Assembly: GCA_964016885.1 (NCBI GenBank)
Contig: OZ024740.1
Span: forward strand, 274,288,001-274,352,000
From: Eledone cirrhosa
Lineage: Eukaryota
Reading direction: 5' to 3'
DNA length: 64,000 bases
Positions within the stretch are counted from its first letter, which is position 1. Every line of letters starts with the position of its first letter. Under the pieces are notes generated by a model. It searched no databases. It was not told the DNA's origin and worked only from the letters and a program-made list of their open reading frames with translations. Positions 51,598 through 64,000 of this stretch are shown in pieces. A program made the position numbers and the translations under genes.

Positions 51598-54500
51598 ACT
51601 GGTATCTCTTAATAAAATAAAGTACCAGTCAGTACTGGGTCTGATACAGTCAATAATTTCCTCAATTCTCAAATTTTCTAGCCTTAAACCTGTTACCTTT
51701 ATTATAAATTACTATTATTATTCTCCAACAATTCTATGTGAGTTTCTGATGCCTTACCAGGAACACTTTCATGCTCCTGAAATATGCGCAGTAATGTATT
51801 TTTATTTACGAGCTCAGTACAAGCCACTTTTAGTGAACTGCCTCAATTGTATCTTGTAATGGGGTTTAGACTGATGCTTCTGAAATTATTTTAGTGTTTG
51901 ATCTGTTGCTATGTGAGTTGTTTTATTTTGTTGAGTAGTGAATATCTTTTATATATGCTGGATAATGGATGATATGTGTGTCTCTATTGAGTAGATGTTG
52001 TGTACCAGTTATGTAGGGGTGTATATTGTGTTAATCCTGTTGGTATAGCTTGTGTAAGTTGTGATATTTCATTGGGTGCTTTTTGTGAGGAGTGTGTGTT
52101 ATATGTGGATATTACATTGTTTGAGTCGTGCTACTGAGCAAATGCTGTCTCACACAGGATATGGGCTGTACCTAGCAGAGATAACTTTTGGATTGTATGC
52201 CAAATTATGAGACCCTTGCCTAGTAAGTTTTGATTATTGTTTCATCATACCCAGAGCCAAAATTGTAATAGACACTGTTCATACCTTCATTTCCCACATT
52301 CTGATTAACGGAAGTGGATAATTAGTATTTGTAGAGAGTTGGACAACATGCTTTGTAGCACAGGGCTGCATCCTTTTATGTTATGGAGTCAATAAAACAA
52401 AGTACCAGTAATGCATTGGGGTTGATTCAACTGACTTTCCCTTCCATCGAAACTGTTGGCTTTGTGCCTAAATCAGAAACCATCATTAACATTAGGATTA
52501 GGATTAGTGAAATAGAAGTGGAAAAAAGCTATCAATGTGACTTAATTTCAATTTTTTATTGAAATCATTGTACGGCTGTGAACCTAAATATAGGAAAACA
52601 ATAAAACTATTTCCTACAAATTAATAAACATAAATATGAGCAAGAGAAGTGTGAATGTATCAAAAAGATAAATGAATAATTAAGAAATGTATTGATCTTC
52701 TTTGATTAGGCAGCTCACAGGACCTGTTTTCATAAGAGAAGCATAGAACTCATCAAATATATCCAAATATATTACTAGTATCATTTAGCATTGATAAGAA
52801 TGAAACTGCAAATCATGAAAGTTAGTTTTTACAAAATGATATGCTGAAACATTAAAACAATTAAGTGTAAATTAATATGTGTTAACAAGAAAATGTTAGT
52901 TTATAAATAATTTCATTTTAAAGAACAATAGGAAGCCTACAGCAATGTAGTCACTCAAGCATCAATAATGACAAGAACAAATATATTGAATTGTTGCCTT
53001 AAAATATTTATTGTTTCTGATATTTCAAATAAAACACCCCTAGTTAGAGGTTTTTAGAGATTAAGAGGGTAAGTGAGAGGCTGGAGAATATACATCTCCA
53101 TATATGTTGTCATTTATTCTCGTTCTCTCTCTCTCTCTTGATGTTATAAAACTTCCAGTAAGGGACACTTTACAAGAAACATCAAGACAATTAAATATTT
53201 TAAAAGTAATAAGTAATAACACAAGAACTTTCTTTTTGTTGTTATTGATATTTATTTCACCTTCCAATTGCATTATTTTTTCTGCAAATACATGAGAGAA
53301 TTCTATATATGTTTTGTTCATATTCTGACCACATCAATAAAGCACAGTTTTCATTTTATTTATTGTAGAAGAAATGAATGAATCATTAAATAAAAATAGA
53401 AGATTGTAAATTCATTAACATAGGAAAACAGAAACACTAAAATGTAAAATAATTTACAAATGCCAACTGCATTAATACATCAACAAATATATTAAAGTAA
53501 TTTTATTTACTCAAGCAGATGGATACTAATTATCTGCAAAAGTCATTTGGGTCCTGCCACAGAATAATCTTTCTTTTCACGGTTCTGCTTTCCTATTACC
53601 AACATATAGATATATAGGAAGCTATTCTAAAACTAAGAGACATAAATTTACTAATCTGCAAAAAATGAAAACAAATGATAGGTAATTTAAAGTTAGATAT
53701 TTAAAGTTCAATAAATAAAATATTCTAAGTAGAAATTAATATCCATGAGAAAGAAAAATGATATTAGTAGATCGCATCATTTTCATTTTCCCAGCAAATA
53801 CAGGGTATAGCACCAGATGTGTTTTCAAGCTCATTCTTTATTAGTTTGGCAAGCATGGTGAAGGCAAATTAGATTAGCTTAGTTTTCTCTTCATACATAT
53901 ATATTATTTTTTTCTTGTTAGTTTTTCAATATTCCACAGATTAAATATGTTATTCCAAACTTACATTACTTTTCATATATAAGGCATCTATGAAATATCT
54001 AATCTGTAAAGAATTTAGTTTGGCAATGTAAAATCTATGATAATTCACTACTGATCAAAATTATTCATTATATAGCAAATTTCCCACAAAATTCGTTGTT
54101 TTGAACATTATGTGCTACTTAATATGACCTTCATCTTGTAACTTTGCTGGAGTCACTCATAAATCCTATGGATCATTGTGATTTCTATTTGATTCTATAT
54201 CTACTTCAATAGGCAAGGGGGTGTATCTAATTGTAAAGATAATGTACTTCAACAGAAAACTAGTTAAGCCATGGTAGCATAGGAAATATAAATTGAAAAC
54301 ATGTAAAAGCGAAAGAAACAAAATAAATCAAAATATATATCAAGTAGTGTTTGAAGGCAGAAATTGTTTACTCATTTATTAAATCATTGTAATCATAAGT
54401 ATTCATGTGTAGTATTAAAATGATTGGTACATTAAAATAATTGGTACTTTATAATAAATCTACCAGCAAACAACATAATGACTATTATGCATCCTGGAAT

Positions 54501-54851
54501 TTTGGTCTATACTATCAAAATAAAAAAAATGATAATAGTAGTAGTAGTAATAGTAGCAACAGCAGCAGCAGCAACAGCAGTAGCAGTAGTAGTAGTAATA
54601 GTAGTAGTAGTAGTAGTAGTAATGGTAATGGTATATAATAACATTTACTACATTGTTGAAGAGATAATCACCCACTCTAGGCATTTGACAACTTTTTGTA
54701 TAAAACTAATCATACTCGTAATTTACCTAACATCCCATCCATACACACAAATCCATGGTTGCATGTGGGTGTATGTGTGCATGCACATGTGCATGTGTGT
54801 TTATGATATGAATGTGTGTGTCTAAGTGTGTGTGTGTATAAGTATATTTAT

Positions 54852-55577
54852 ATCATCATCATCATCATCACCATTTTACGTCCGTTCTTCCGCGCTAGCA
54901 TGGGTTAGACGGGTTGTCCTGTTGTGGGCAGTGTCTGGTCGGCTGACCATGCCTTGCTCATATAGGAACTGATTTGGCTTGATTTCTACAGCTGGAGGCC
55001 CTTCCTAACACCAACCTCATTTACAGTGAGTGCTGGGTGCTTTTTCGTGGCGCCTACACGTCCACTTTACAGTGTGGGCTGGGTGCTTTTTTGCCGTGGC
55101 ACCTCCACGACCACCTTGTAGTGGGGGCATATTGTCTATATGCTTCAGCTTGTACCCATGGGAGGTCGGGTACTCTGTATTACTGCATGACGCCAGAGGT
55201 CACGGTTGTGTGTCATCACCTTTGAGAGGTGTAATTGGGTAAGGTCGGCTTTTATCACCTCATCCCAGGTCATCTTGGGTTTCCCCACTCCGCGGTTTCC
55301 ATCGACTTCTAGTGCTCTGCACCTTTTTATGCAGCTGTCATCCTTCATACGCATCACATGTCCATACCAACGCAACCGCCTCTCCTGCACACAGCATTTG
55401 ATTCCTCTTATGCTCAGTCTCTCTCTCAATTCATTTATGCTTTGCCGTTTGCGTATATTACTATTACACATCCATCGGAGCATGCAGGCTTCGTTTCTTT
55501 CTAATCTACGTAAGTCTTCCACCTTCAGCGCCCAGGCCTCACTACCATGCAACATCGCTGTTCGGATACACGCATCA
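54852..55577 (-). mobile_element. 5'-truncated RTE LINE, second subfamily
   Basis: ORF 55145-55555 matches 60835-61411; (GAT)n tail. Confidence 0.93.
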
Positions 55578-55600
55578 TATATATATCGGATACACGCATC

Positions 55601-55639
<39 letters not shown>

Positions 55640-55820
55640 TTTCTACTTTTGGCACAAGGCCAGCAATTACCAGTGCATTACTGGTACTTTATTTTATCGA
55701 CCCCATAAGGATGAAAGGCAAAGTTATGCTCAGTATTTATACTTTGAGCTTGTTAATTGCAGGGTATCAATATGAGTTAGTAACTCTGTATTTTATTTGT
55801 ATATATATATATATTTTTTA

Positions 55821-55990
55821 ATATAGAAAAGCTTCTACAGGACTAGAACTGTTTCATTCATGAGAAATCATCAGCTTACTGATGATTTCTCATGAATGAA
55901 ACAGTTCTAGTCCTTTTAAAACATTTATACTCTGCTATGTATTGAGTACCTTACTTACTGTGGTTACCCCCGATTGAACACTGAATAACT
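55821..55990. mobile_element. Family A pLTR relic with back-to-back hammerhead cores
   Basis: Perfect 36-bp inverted repeat 55839-55874 / 55879-55914, each arm reading CTGATGA..GAAAC outward. Confidence 0.72.
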
Positions 55991-56008
55991 TATATATATA
56001 TATATATA

Positions 56009-56437
56009 TAATATAAAACGAAAAATCAGTGATGCATCTGGACTCAATTTATTGTGCGTTACAATTGTTTCGCCAGCAGACAGCTTGAGACGCAATCATT
56101 GTATGGATCTGTCTAATTCTGGAAACTGCAGGTTCGTTGGACACTGGCAATAATTCCGGATCAAATTTTCTCACTGGGGTGTTAGCGTAAAAAAAAAAAT
56201 CTTCCTCGCTTGTCCTGCTGTTGGCTGTTGTTTTTCTACGTCATCATAAATCCTGGCCAATAGTTGCTGTCAGACTGTCCATCAGCTACCCTCTGGCTGA
56301 CACACTTCAATGGATTCATGGTGGGTTTGGTATTTCACATGTCCACTCGCACACATATATACACATATACCCACACACATACATACACATATACACATAC
56401 ACACAAATATACATACATACACACACACATATATATA

Positions 56438-56483
<46 letters not shown>

Positions 56484-56810
56484 CACAGACTCACATACAC
56501 ACACACATGCACACAAGCATATAACTAACAACATACACGTCCACAGACGCCTGCCTACATGCGTCTGAGAGCTGATGTACGCGAGCATGTAAGCAGGCAT
56601 CTGTGTCCGACGAACCTGCAGTTTCCTGAATCAGACAGATCCACACAATGATCGTGTCTCGAGCTGTCAGCTGGTGAAACATTGTAACGCACAATGAATT
56701 GAGTCCAGATGCATCACTGATTTTTCGTTTTATATTATATCACACTCTGCTCTGTAAGAACATAGAGTGCTCAACCGGCATACCACCTATGGAAGCATCA
56801 TAGTTACCAT
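56009..56810. mobile_element. Inverted pLTR pair with CCGACGA hammerhead (56602-56691, +)
   Basis: Arms 56009-56144 and 56603-56738. TGTGT-CCGACGA-(long stem II)-GAAA-CATTG-TA-ACGCA. Confidence 0.68.
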
Positions 56811-56823
56811 CAAACACACACAC

Positions 56824-56867
<44 letters not shown>

Positions 56868-57522
56868 CATAGATATAGACAATCATATATAACACATTCT
56901 GCGTCTGATATTTTTGGACATCAATATTTGTTATAGGTATGAATGATAATCTCATCATACAACTTGGATTTCTCATATTATGTATATATAAATATGTATA
57001 CATAAATATGCATGTGTGGTTGTTTGTATAAACACACAGGCAACATATATATTCACATAATATGATGGTTCTTTGAATTTATTTTTACGTTTTTATCTAT
57101 TTGCATTTTTCTGTTTTGCTTTCTTATTTTAAGTACATGGTCAGATTTATGGAAAATTAGTTTTTAATGCAGACTTTCCAAAATTGGTTTCTAAAATAAA
57201 AAAATATGGAAAAAAATACAACAAAAACAAAGACTCATACAAAAAAAAACAGTAGTAGATAATATAATTTGTAGTATATTAGTTGAGGTCAGTACACATT
57301 AAGTATGTTTATATATGTAAATGTTATTTGGTATTTTGATTTTTAATGCTTTTCTTTGTAGCTTCAAATGTGAAATTATTATATTTTATATACTTATGTT
57401 TTTATTCTTTTCTTTCATTAATTTGATATACTTAATTTTTTCATACTTGTAAGCCCCCACACTCTATATAACCTCTTCTAGAGATGTCCCATTTTTCTAG
57501 TGCTCTTGTGGCAAATAAATGA

Positions 57523-57625
<103 letters not shown>

Positions 57626-57753
57626 GCAATAACCTAAAATTCTCTCTACTGAAATAGTTTTGTATATAACAAGACATCGCAAACTATTATCACTTAACCT
57701 CTCAATAATATTTTCCTATTTTCATTTAATTTTGTTTTCAGAAACCATTATAT

Positions 57754-57754
<1 letters not shown>

Positions 57755-57797
<43 letters not shown>

Positions 57798-58290
57798 TTT
57801 TACGTCCACTTTTCCATGCTTGCATGGATTGGATGCATACTTTTAAGCACAGAATCTCTCCTCTTGTCATGTTCCTCCCTCATCGCTTCTGCCAGTCTAA
57901 GTGATTTGAGCTCAGCTCTCACAACCTTTACCCAGGTCTTTCTTAGTTGTCCTCTACTGTGCCTTCCTTCCACTGGGATTTCCTGGCATTTCTTCACCCA
58001 TCAGTCATTGTCCATGCACATCACATGTCCATACCAACGCAGTCTTCTCTCCTGCACACCACCTTGGATTCTGCTTAAATCCAGCTTCTACCACACCTAA
58101 TCCAAACTATGCCTTTCTCTCACATTTACATTGCACATCAAATGAAACATGGTTGCTTCATTTCTCTCCAGTCTACGCATATCCTCTGCAGTCACAGCCC
58201 ATGCAGCCATGCATCATGCACTGAATACAGCCTTTCTTTTGTAGGTAGGGAGAAACCTTTTGTTGTCAGCAGTGGGGCAGTCCTCTAAAC
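57755..58290 (-). mobile_element. Degenerate RTE 3' fragment
   Basis: (CAT)n tail on +; RRLRWYGHVM and RGQLRKTW remnants. Confidence 0.8.
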
Positions 58291-58562
58291 TTCTAAACGA
58301 CAATAACCATTTGTAACTTGCTTCATTATGCAAATATTTTCTATAAAATGCACTAGAAAATTATTAGATTGAGCAATTTTCAATTAGCATATTTGCTCCC
58401 TTTGGTTTTACAAGGACATGTTGAGAAAACATGAATTTTAGTGCATTTTTTCCTAAATTCAATAAAAATGATTTCACTGTTTTTTCAGAAACTTTTATAT
58501 AAGTCTGACATCATTTTGCTTATATAAATTGTATTGTATTACTGTATTAGTAATATTAATAG

Positions 58563-58746
58563 TAATTGTTTCTACTTTAGGCACAAGGCCAGCAATTACC
58601 CAGTGCATTACTGGTACTTTATTTTATCGACCCCGTAAGGATGAAAGGCAAAGTCAACCTCGGTGGGATTTGAACTCAGATCGTAAAGGGACGTAACTAT
58701 GCTGGAAAGCATGGCGTCCGACCCTCTACCGATACTGCCAATCCAC
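58563..58746 (-). mobile_element. Deu/Nin-like tRNA SINE, full length
   Basis: Reverse complement of 13464-13650; further partial copies at about 27540, 44890, 55636 and 63232. Confidence 0.85.
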
Positions 58747-59034
58747 AGAAGCTAAATTGTTTAAGCATGATTGTCCTCACCCTCTGTTTGAGCTCCCATC
58801 AGTGATATGGCATGTTGAACACAGGGAATATTTTTATATGATTTTTTGAAAAAACGTGCATCCAATAGGCTGACAAATATGGTATATGAGACATATAACA
58901 TTCATATATTAATTGATATGAAACATGTAATATTCCATTTTAAATGAACATAGAAATCATACATTGTTCCACTAACATTTCTATCAATTAAATTATTGAA
59001 CAAACTTACTGAGCTACAACTTTAATTGCACGGC

Positions 59035-59220
59035 CCTAATATAATTATAACCCTTTATATGTTTTGCAGCATACCTGCTGCAGCTGCACAGGATGAAAGA
59101 ACTTTCAGTGTTTTAATTAGTATTAAGAAGAATGTTATGAGATCAACATTAAGCTAAAACATTGTTATTTAATGTGGGGATTTTAGCAGTTGAATCAGTT
59201 ATTGCCTGTGAACTCTATGT
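59035..59220 (+). pseudogene. hAT transposase C-terminal dimerisation domain relic
   Basis: Manual translation PNIIITLYMFCSIPAAAAQDERTFSVLISIKKNVMRSTLS, then shifted LFNVGILAVESVIACEL; resembles the hAT P-x-ERSFS-x-RS motif. Confidence 0.65.
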
Positions 59221-59249
59221 GTTTTCTAGTTATAAGGCTGAGGAAATTC

Positions 59250-60418
59250 CCCTGTAAAATCAGCAGTGGAGAAAGGTGTTCTGAAAGTACAGTAGCCAGA
59301 GTTAGAATGAGATGGAAAAAGTTCAGGAAGCTAACACTGCTGTTGGCCACAAAGGGTTTCCTTCTAAAAATGAAAGGCACATTGTATGATGCTTGTATGC
59401 GAACAGCGGTGTTACATGGTAGTGAGACCTGGGCATTGTGTGCAGAAGACTTGCATAGATTAGAAAGAAACAAAGCTTGCATGCTCTCATGTGTAATAGT
59501 AATGTACATGAACAGCAAAGTATAAACGAATTGAGAGATTGACCAAGCATAGGAGGTATCAAATGTTGTATACAGGAGAGGAGATTGCATTGGTATGGAC
59601 ATGTGATGCATATGAAAGACAATAGCTGTATAAAAGAGTGCAGGGCGATCAGAATTGATGGGAGCTACAGAGTGGGTAAACCCAGAAAAACCTGAAATGA
59701 AGTGATAAAACCACTTTCCCACTTACACCTCTCTAAGACAATGTCACTGGATCGAGATCTTTGGTGCTATGCAGTTATACAGAAGACCCGCCTTCCCTTA
59801 TGTACAAACTTAAACATACAGTCAGTAGACACCTTGTAAACCAATATACACCCCACACCCTCTATTCCATCATCCCACTTCCGTCCACACTACCCTTTCT
59901 ATGTAGCATTATGTTGGGTGGATTGGCAGTATCGGTAGAGGGTCGGACATGCTTTCCAGCATAGTTACGTCCCTTTACGATCTGAGTTCAAATCCCGCCG
60001 AGGTTGACCTTGCCTTTCATCCTTACGGGGTCGATAAAATAAAAGTACCAGTAATGCACTGGGTAATTGCTGGCCTTGTGCCTAAAGTAGAAACAATTAT
60101 TATGAGCCAATTGGGGCCCACGCACTTGCCGCCCCATGACCCCGGAGGATGGCCACCCCTAAAGTAGAAACAATTATGTTGGTACCACAGAACATCCAAT
60201 CCACACTGTAAAGTGGTCGTGTAGGAGACATGGTAAAAAGGCTCCCAGTCCACACTGTAAATGTGGTTGACGTTAGGAAGGGCATCCCTCTATAGAAAAC
60301 CTGCCAGAAACAGTTCTATATGAGCAAGACACGGTCCCCGACCAATCTTAGCTCAAATGGGACAAACCCGTCCAAACCATGCTAGCATGGAATATGGACG
60401 TTAAACGATGATGATGAT
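59250..60418 (+). mobile_element. Degenerate RTE 3' fragment with nested SINE (59918-60177)
   Basis: ORF 59190-59525 RTE motifs; SINE flanked by TSD ATTATGTTGG (59908-59917, 60173-60182). Confidence 0.85.
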
Positions 60419-60519
60419 ATATATACATACAGACATATTTCACATACAATCCCAAATATACATTTATTTGACAATAAATGTATATTTTTGATTGTATGTG
60501 AAATATGTATATATATACA

Positions 60520-61663
60520 GCAGGGACTAGAAAGAAAGAAAGTCAACATGACAAAGACTAAGGTCCTTGTAAGTAGACGAGAAAACAGAACCCAGATCCC
60601 CTCAGGGAAATGGCCTTGCTCAGTATGTAGGAAAGGTGTAGGTAGGAACTCAATTCTCTGCCCCAAATGCAAACAATGGGTACACAAGAGATGTAGCGGG
60701 ATCTCAGGAAGCTTAATTAAGAATGTAGGCTTCACATGCAGCAGCTGTGCTGGGACAGCAAGCAGCAAACTGCCACAGGAAACAAGTACCACCAATCTCT
60801 GTGAGGGCTCTGTAGAAACAGTAGACAGCTTCTGCTACCTAGGTGACCGAATTAGCAGCGGAGGTGGGTGTTCAGAAAGTACAATAACTAGGGTAAGAAC
60901 GGGATGGAAGAAGTTCAGGGAACTACTGCCATTGCTAGCTGCAAAAGGCTTCTCCCTCAAAATGAAAGGCAGACTGTATGATGCGTGTATCCGAACAGCA
61001 ATGTTACATGGTAGTGAGATCTGGGCACTGAAAGTGGAAGACTTACGTAGATTAGAAAGAAACGAAGCCTGCATGCTGCGATGGATGTGTGATAGTAATA
61101 TACACGAACGACAAAGCATAAATGAATTGAGAGAGAGACTGAGCATAAGAGGAATCAAATGCTGTGTGCAGGAGAGGAGGTTGCGTTGATATGGACATGT
61201 GATGCGTATGAAGGATGATAGCTGCATAAAAAGGTGCAGAGCACTAGAAGTCAATGGAAACCGCAGAGTGGGGAGACCCAAGAAGACCTGGGATGAGGTG
61301 ATAAAAGCTGACCTTACCCAATTACACCTCTCAAAAGCGATGACACACGACCGTGACCTCTGGCGTCACGCAGTAATACAGAGTACCCGACCCCCCATGG
61401 GTACAAGCTGAAGCATATAGACAATATGCTCCCACACCCTCTCACTGCAAGGTGGTTGTGATGGTGCCACGGCAAAAAAGCACACAGCCCACACTGTAAA
61501 TGAGGTTGGTGTTAGGAAGGGCATCCAGCTGTAGAAATCAAGCCAAAATCAGTTCCTGTATGAGCAAGGCATGGTCAGCCGACCAGACACTGCCCACAAC
61601 AGGACAACCCGTCTAACCCATGTTAGCACGGAAGAACGGACGTAAAACGGTGATGATGATGAT
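60520..61663 (+). mobile_element. 5'-truncated RTE LINE, second subfamily
   Basis: ORFs 60488-61189 and 61199-61411, split by one W-to-stop change; PHD-like finger; 3' UTR with (GAT)n. Confidence 0.94.
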
Positions 61664-61693
61664 ACATATGTATATATATATATATATATATAT

Positions 61694-63548
61694 AGTAATA
61701 ATAATAAATTTGAAGGCTATAATCCAAAGAGGGCTCGATAAGGATCAATATATATCACATACATAAGAACGGTAGAGAAAATATTTATAAAATAACAGAT
61801 TAAAGTTTAAGCAAAGAATCGCTGCTTTCCCCCTTAACGGGATCTTCTGAAACTAACAAAGTAAATCTGTGAACGCAGAAGTGAATATTTCAAAAAACGT
61901 TGCAACCGGAGGAAGACAGGAAGACGAACCCACCATATAATATGGACGTGGCCACACCATTAGCTAAGATCTTTCTCTCCTTTATTACGAAGCATTTTCC
62001 CCCTAGACATAAATATAGTAACATTTTTAATAGAAATACTATTAAAATTTCTTACTCTACGACTCCTAACTTTGCACATAACATCACAGCTTCAAATTTA
62101 GCTAAACTACCTAGCCGTAGGAACACGTGCAACCCTGTAGTTAGTACTAACTGTAATTGTAGGAATCGGGTTGACTGCCCCCTATCTGGGAAATACCTCT
62201 CTAGTAACATTGTCTACAAATGTAAGGTTGAAACACCCACGTCTCGTAGGGCCTACATAGGGTTAACCGCCAATAGATTCAAGCAGCGTCTTTACATGCA
62301 TACCCATTCTTTTCGTTACCCTCTAAGAAGGAATATGACGTCACTTTCAGCTTATATCTGGAGTCTAAAAGACAACCACACCCAATATAAGTTACACTGG
62401 GAGATCCTAGCTAGGGCTAGATCGTATAACGGAAATAAAAGATGAGTGACCGCTGCGCCGCTGAGGCCCTGGAAATACTCTACGCCACAGACCACATCTT
62501 AAACAAAATATCTGAGGCAATTTCGGCTTGTAAACATAAATTGCACAAAACATTCTGTATTACAGCCCCACATTATATCCTAACGGATAGTACGATCTAT
62601 ACGCGGATATTTTACGTCTTGCGTGGTAGCTAAGTAGATGTTATGTTTATAACATTACTTATTTGTATAGGTAAGTATATATTACCTGTATGTTTTGTGA
62701 AGGTACGTATACTTTCTCGTACGTATATTTGATTGTATATGTTATGGCGTATATTTTATTTATTCTGGTACATATTCTTTTGGTTATGTGTATACGTGAG
62801 TTTTGCGTCTGTGTGAGTATGCGGGTTCGTATGTATGTAGGGTGTGTGTATATGTGTACTTCATGTTTTGGTTGACGTTGTCTCCGAACATATGTGTATT
62901 TACATGTAGGTATGTGTGTACGCTTGTTATATACGTATTTATTTATATACGTTTATTTAATTATTTGTATACACGCACACACACATACACATATTTATAT
63001 GTGCGTGTATTTGTATACCTATGGCGAGTTTTTCGCGTATGCTTGTGTATGTACGTTTATGGATGCGCGTATGTATTTGTTCTATTTCAATTACCTCTGT
63101 ATTTTATTAACTTTATTCTTAACTCTGAAGCTGAGAATCATTCGGTTTTCTAGTTAGAATTTTAGTCTACGACTTCTTTTATACCATAAATGTGGTTTTG
63201 TCTTTGCGTGTAATTGTTTTTCACCGCTCCAAATAATTGTGTCTACGTTAGGCACAAGGCCAGAAAATAACCCAGTGCATTACTGGTACTTTATTTTATC
63301 GACCCCGTAAGGATGAAAGGCAAAGTCAACCTCGGCTCCAACTAATGACGTATTGTATTCGTTTTTTCCCTTTCTTTGCCAGGGAACGTTTCCACAAACC
63401 AAAGTATCGTCTTCCCGTCTTCCTCCGGTTGCAAGGTTTTTTTAAATATTCACTTCTGCCTTCACAGATTGACTTTGTTAGTTTCAGAAGATCCCGTTAA
63501 GGATGAAACCAGCGATTTTTTGCTTAAACTTTAATCTGTTATTTTAAT
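61694..63548 (+). mobile_element. 5'-truncated Penelope-like element (Naiad-type) with inverted 5' pLTR
   Basis: 61788-61927 is the reverse complement of 63407-63546 and is fused directly to a GIY-YIG ORF; ends abut TA tracts; a SINE fragment is nested at 63232-63335. Confidence 0.85.
61927..62550 (+). pseudogene. PLE RT-thumb/linker plus GIY-YIG endonuclease
   Basis: NPPY, HFPPRHKY..IFNRNTIKISYS, CNCRNRVDCPL (CxCx5C), NIVY..AYIG, FKQR..H..SF, TSLSAYIW, then TGA and frameshift into DRC..E..LNK..E..CKH. Confidence 0.88.
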
Positions 63549-64000
63549 ATATATATCCCCTCTGTCAGTTGACACTTTCTCTCGACTGACCTCTTCCTCG
63601 CACTTCCACTCACTCACTCTCTGTTTCTACCCTTCTTACTTCATCCCGTTCGGTAGGAGTCAGATTTTCCTTCTTTCTCACATCTTACTCACAGCGAAAG
63701 GTCTGTTTCCTACACGCTCATGAATTCACCCAGTTTATACTGATCGAATAACCATGTTGCTTGTTTTTCTTCCCATCTTCGGTTAGCCTTCCCTTCGTGT
63801 TGTTTACTTGTCTCACTCGCTTTACGCGTTTCACTTGTCCCAATAAGTTATTTTAGTTATTGCTCGCACCAACGTGAGGTATATGATTTTTAATGCGATG
63901 AAATACCAATGATCGTTGGCAAATCAGTGATGAGGGACTAATTTTATAATATGTAATCCATGTGCAACCATGCAGTATTCTTCTCCCCATATTTTTCACA

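Noticed and set aside
53500-54010. Strong-looking splice acceptors on both strands
   Set aside because: Following frames are short or contain stops, and no consistent gene model emerges.
63716-63755. Possible SECIS or hammerhead at ctcatgaattc...gatcgaataacc
   Set aside because: Core nucleotides and helices do not fit either model, and it lies outside the PLE boundary.

Overview
Very AT-rich, repeat-saturated animal genomic DNA. No host protein-coding gene could be confidently recognised. The SINE/LINE/microsatellite landscape resembles a cephalopod (octopus-like) genome; this is inference. Contents: about 14 fragments of RTE-clade LINEs with (GAT)n tails, one CR1/L2-group LINE, a Tx1/L1-like RT relic, two tRNA-derived SINE families (CORE-like with an RTE tail; Deu/Nin-like), a non-autonomous Helitron, mariner-like MITEs, a hAT relic, and a 5'-truncated Penelope-like element with a Naiad-type GIY-YIG ORF. 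The most striking signal is a set of many mutually dissimilar short elements sitting inside (TA)n tracts. Most are inverted repeats (fold-backs) carrying type I hammerhead ribozyme cores (CUGANGA or CCGANGA...GAAA, palindromic stem III, pairing stem I). About ten of these families also share a small downstream ACUC/GAGU-closed hairpin, with one compensatory variant. Most ORF-track entries are microsatellite artefacts. All folds and alignments were done by eye, and boundaries of degenerate elements are approximate.
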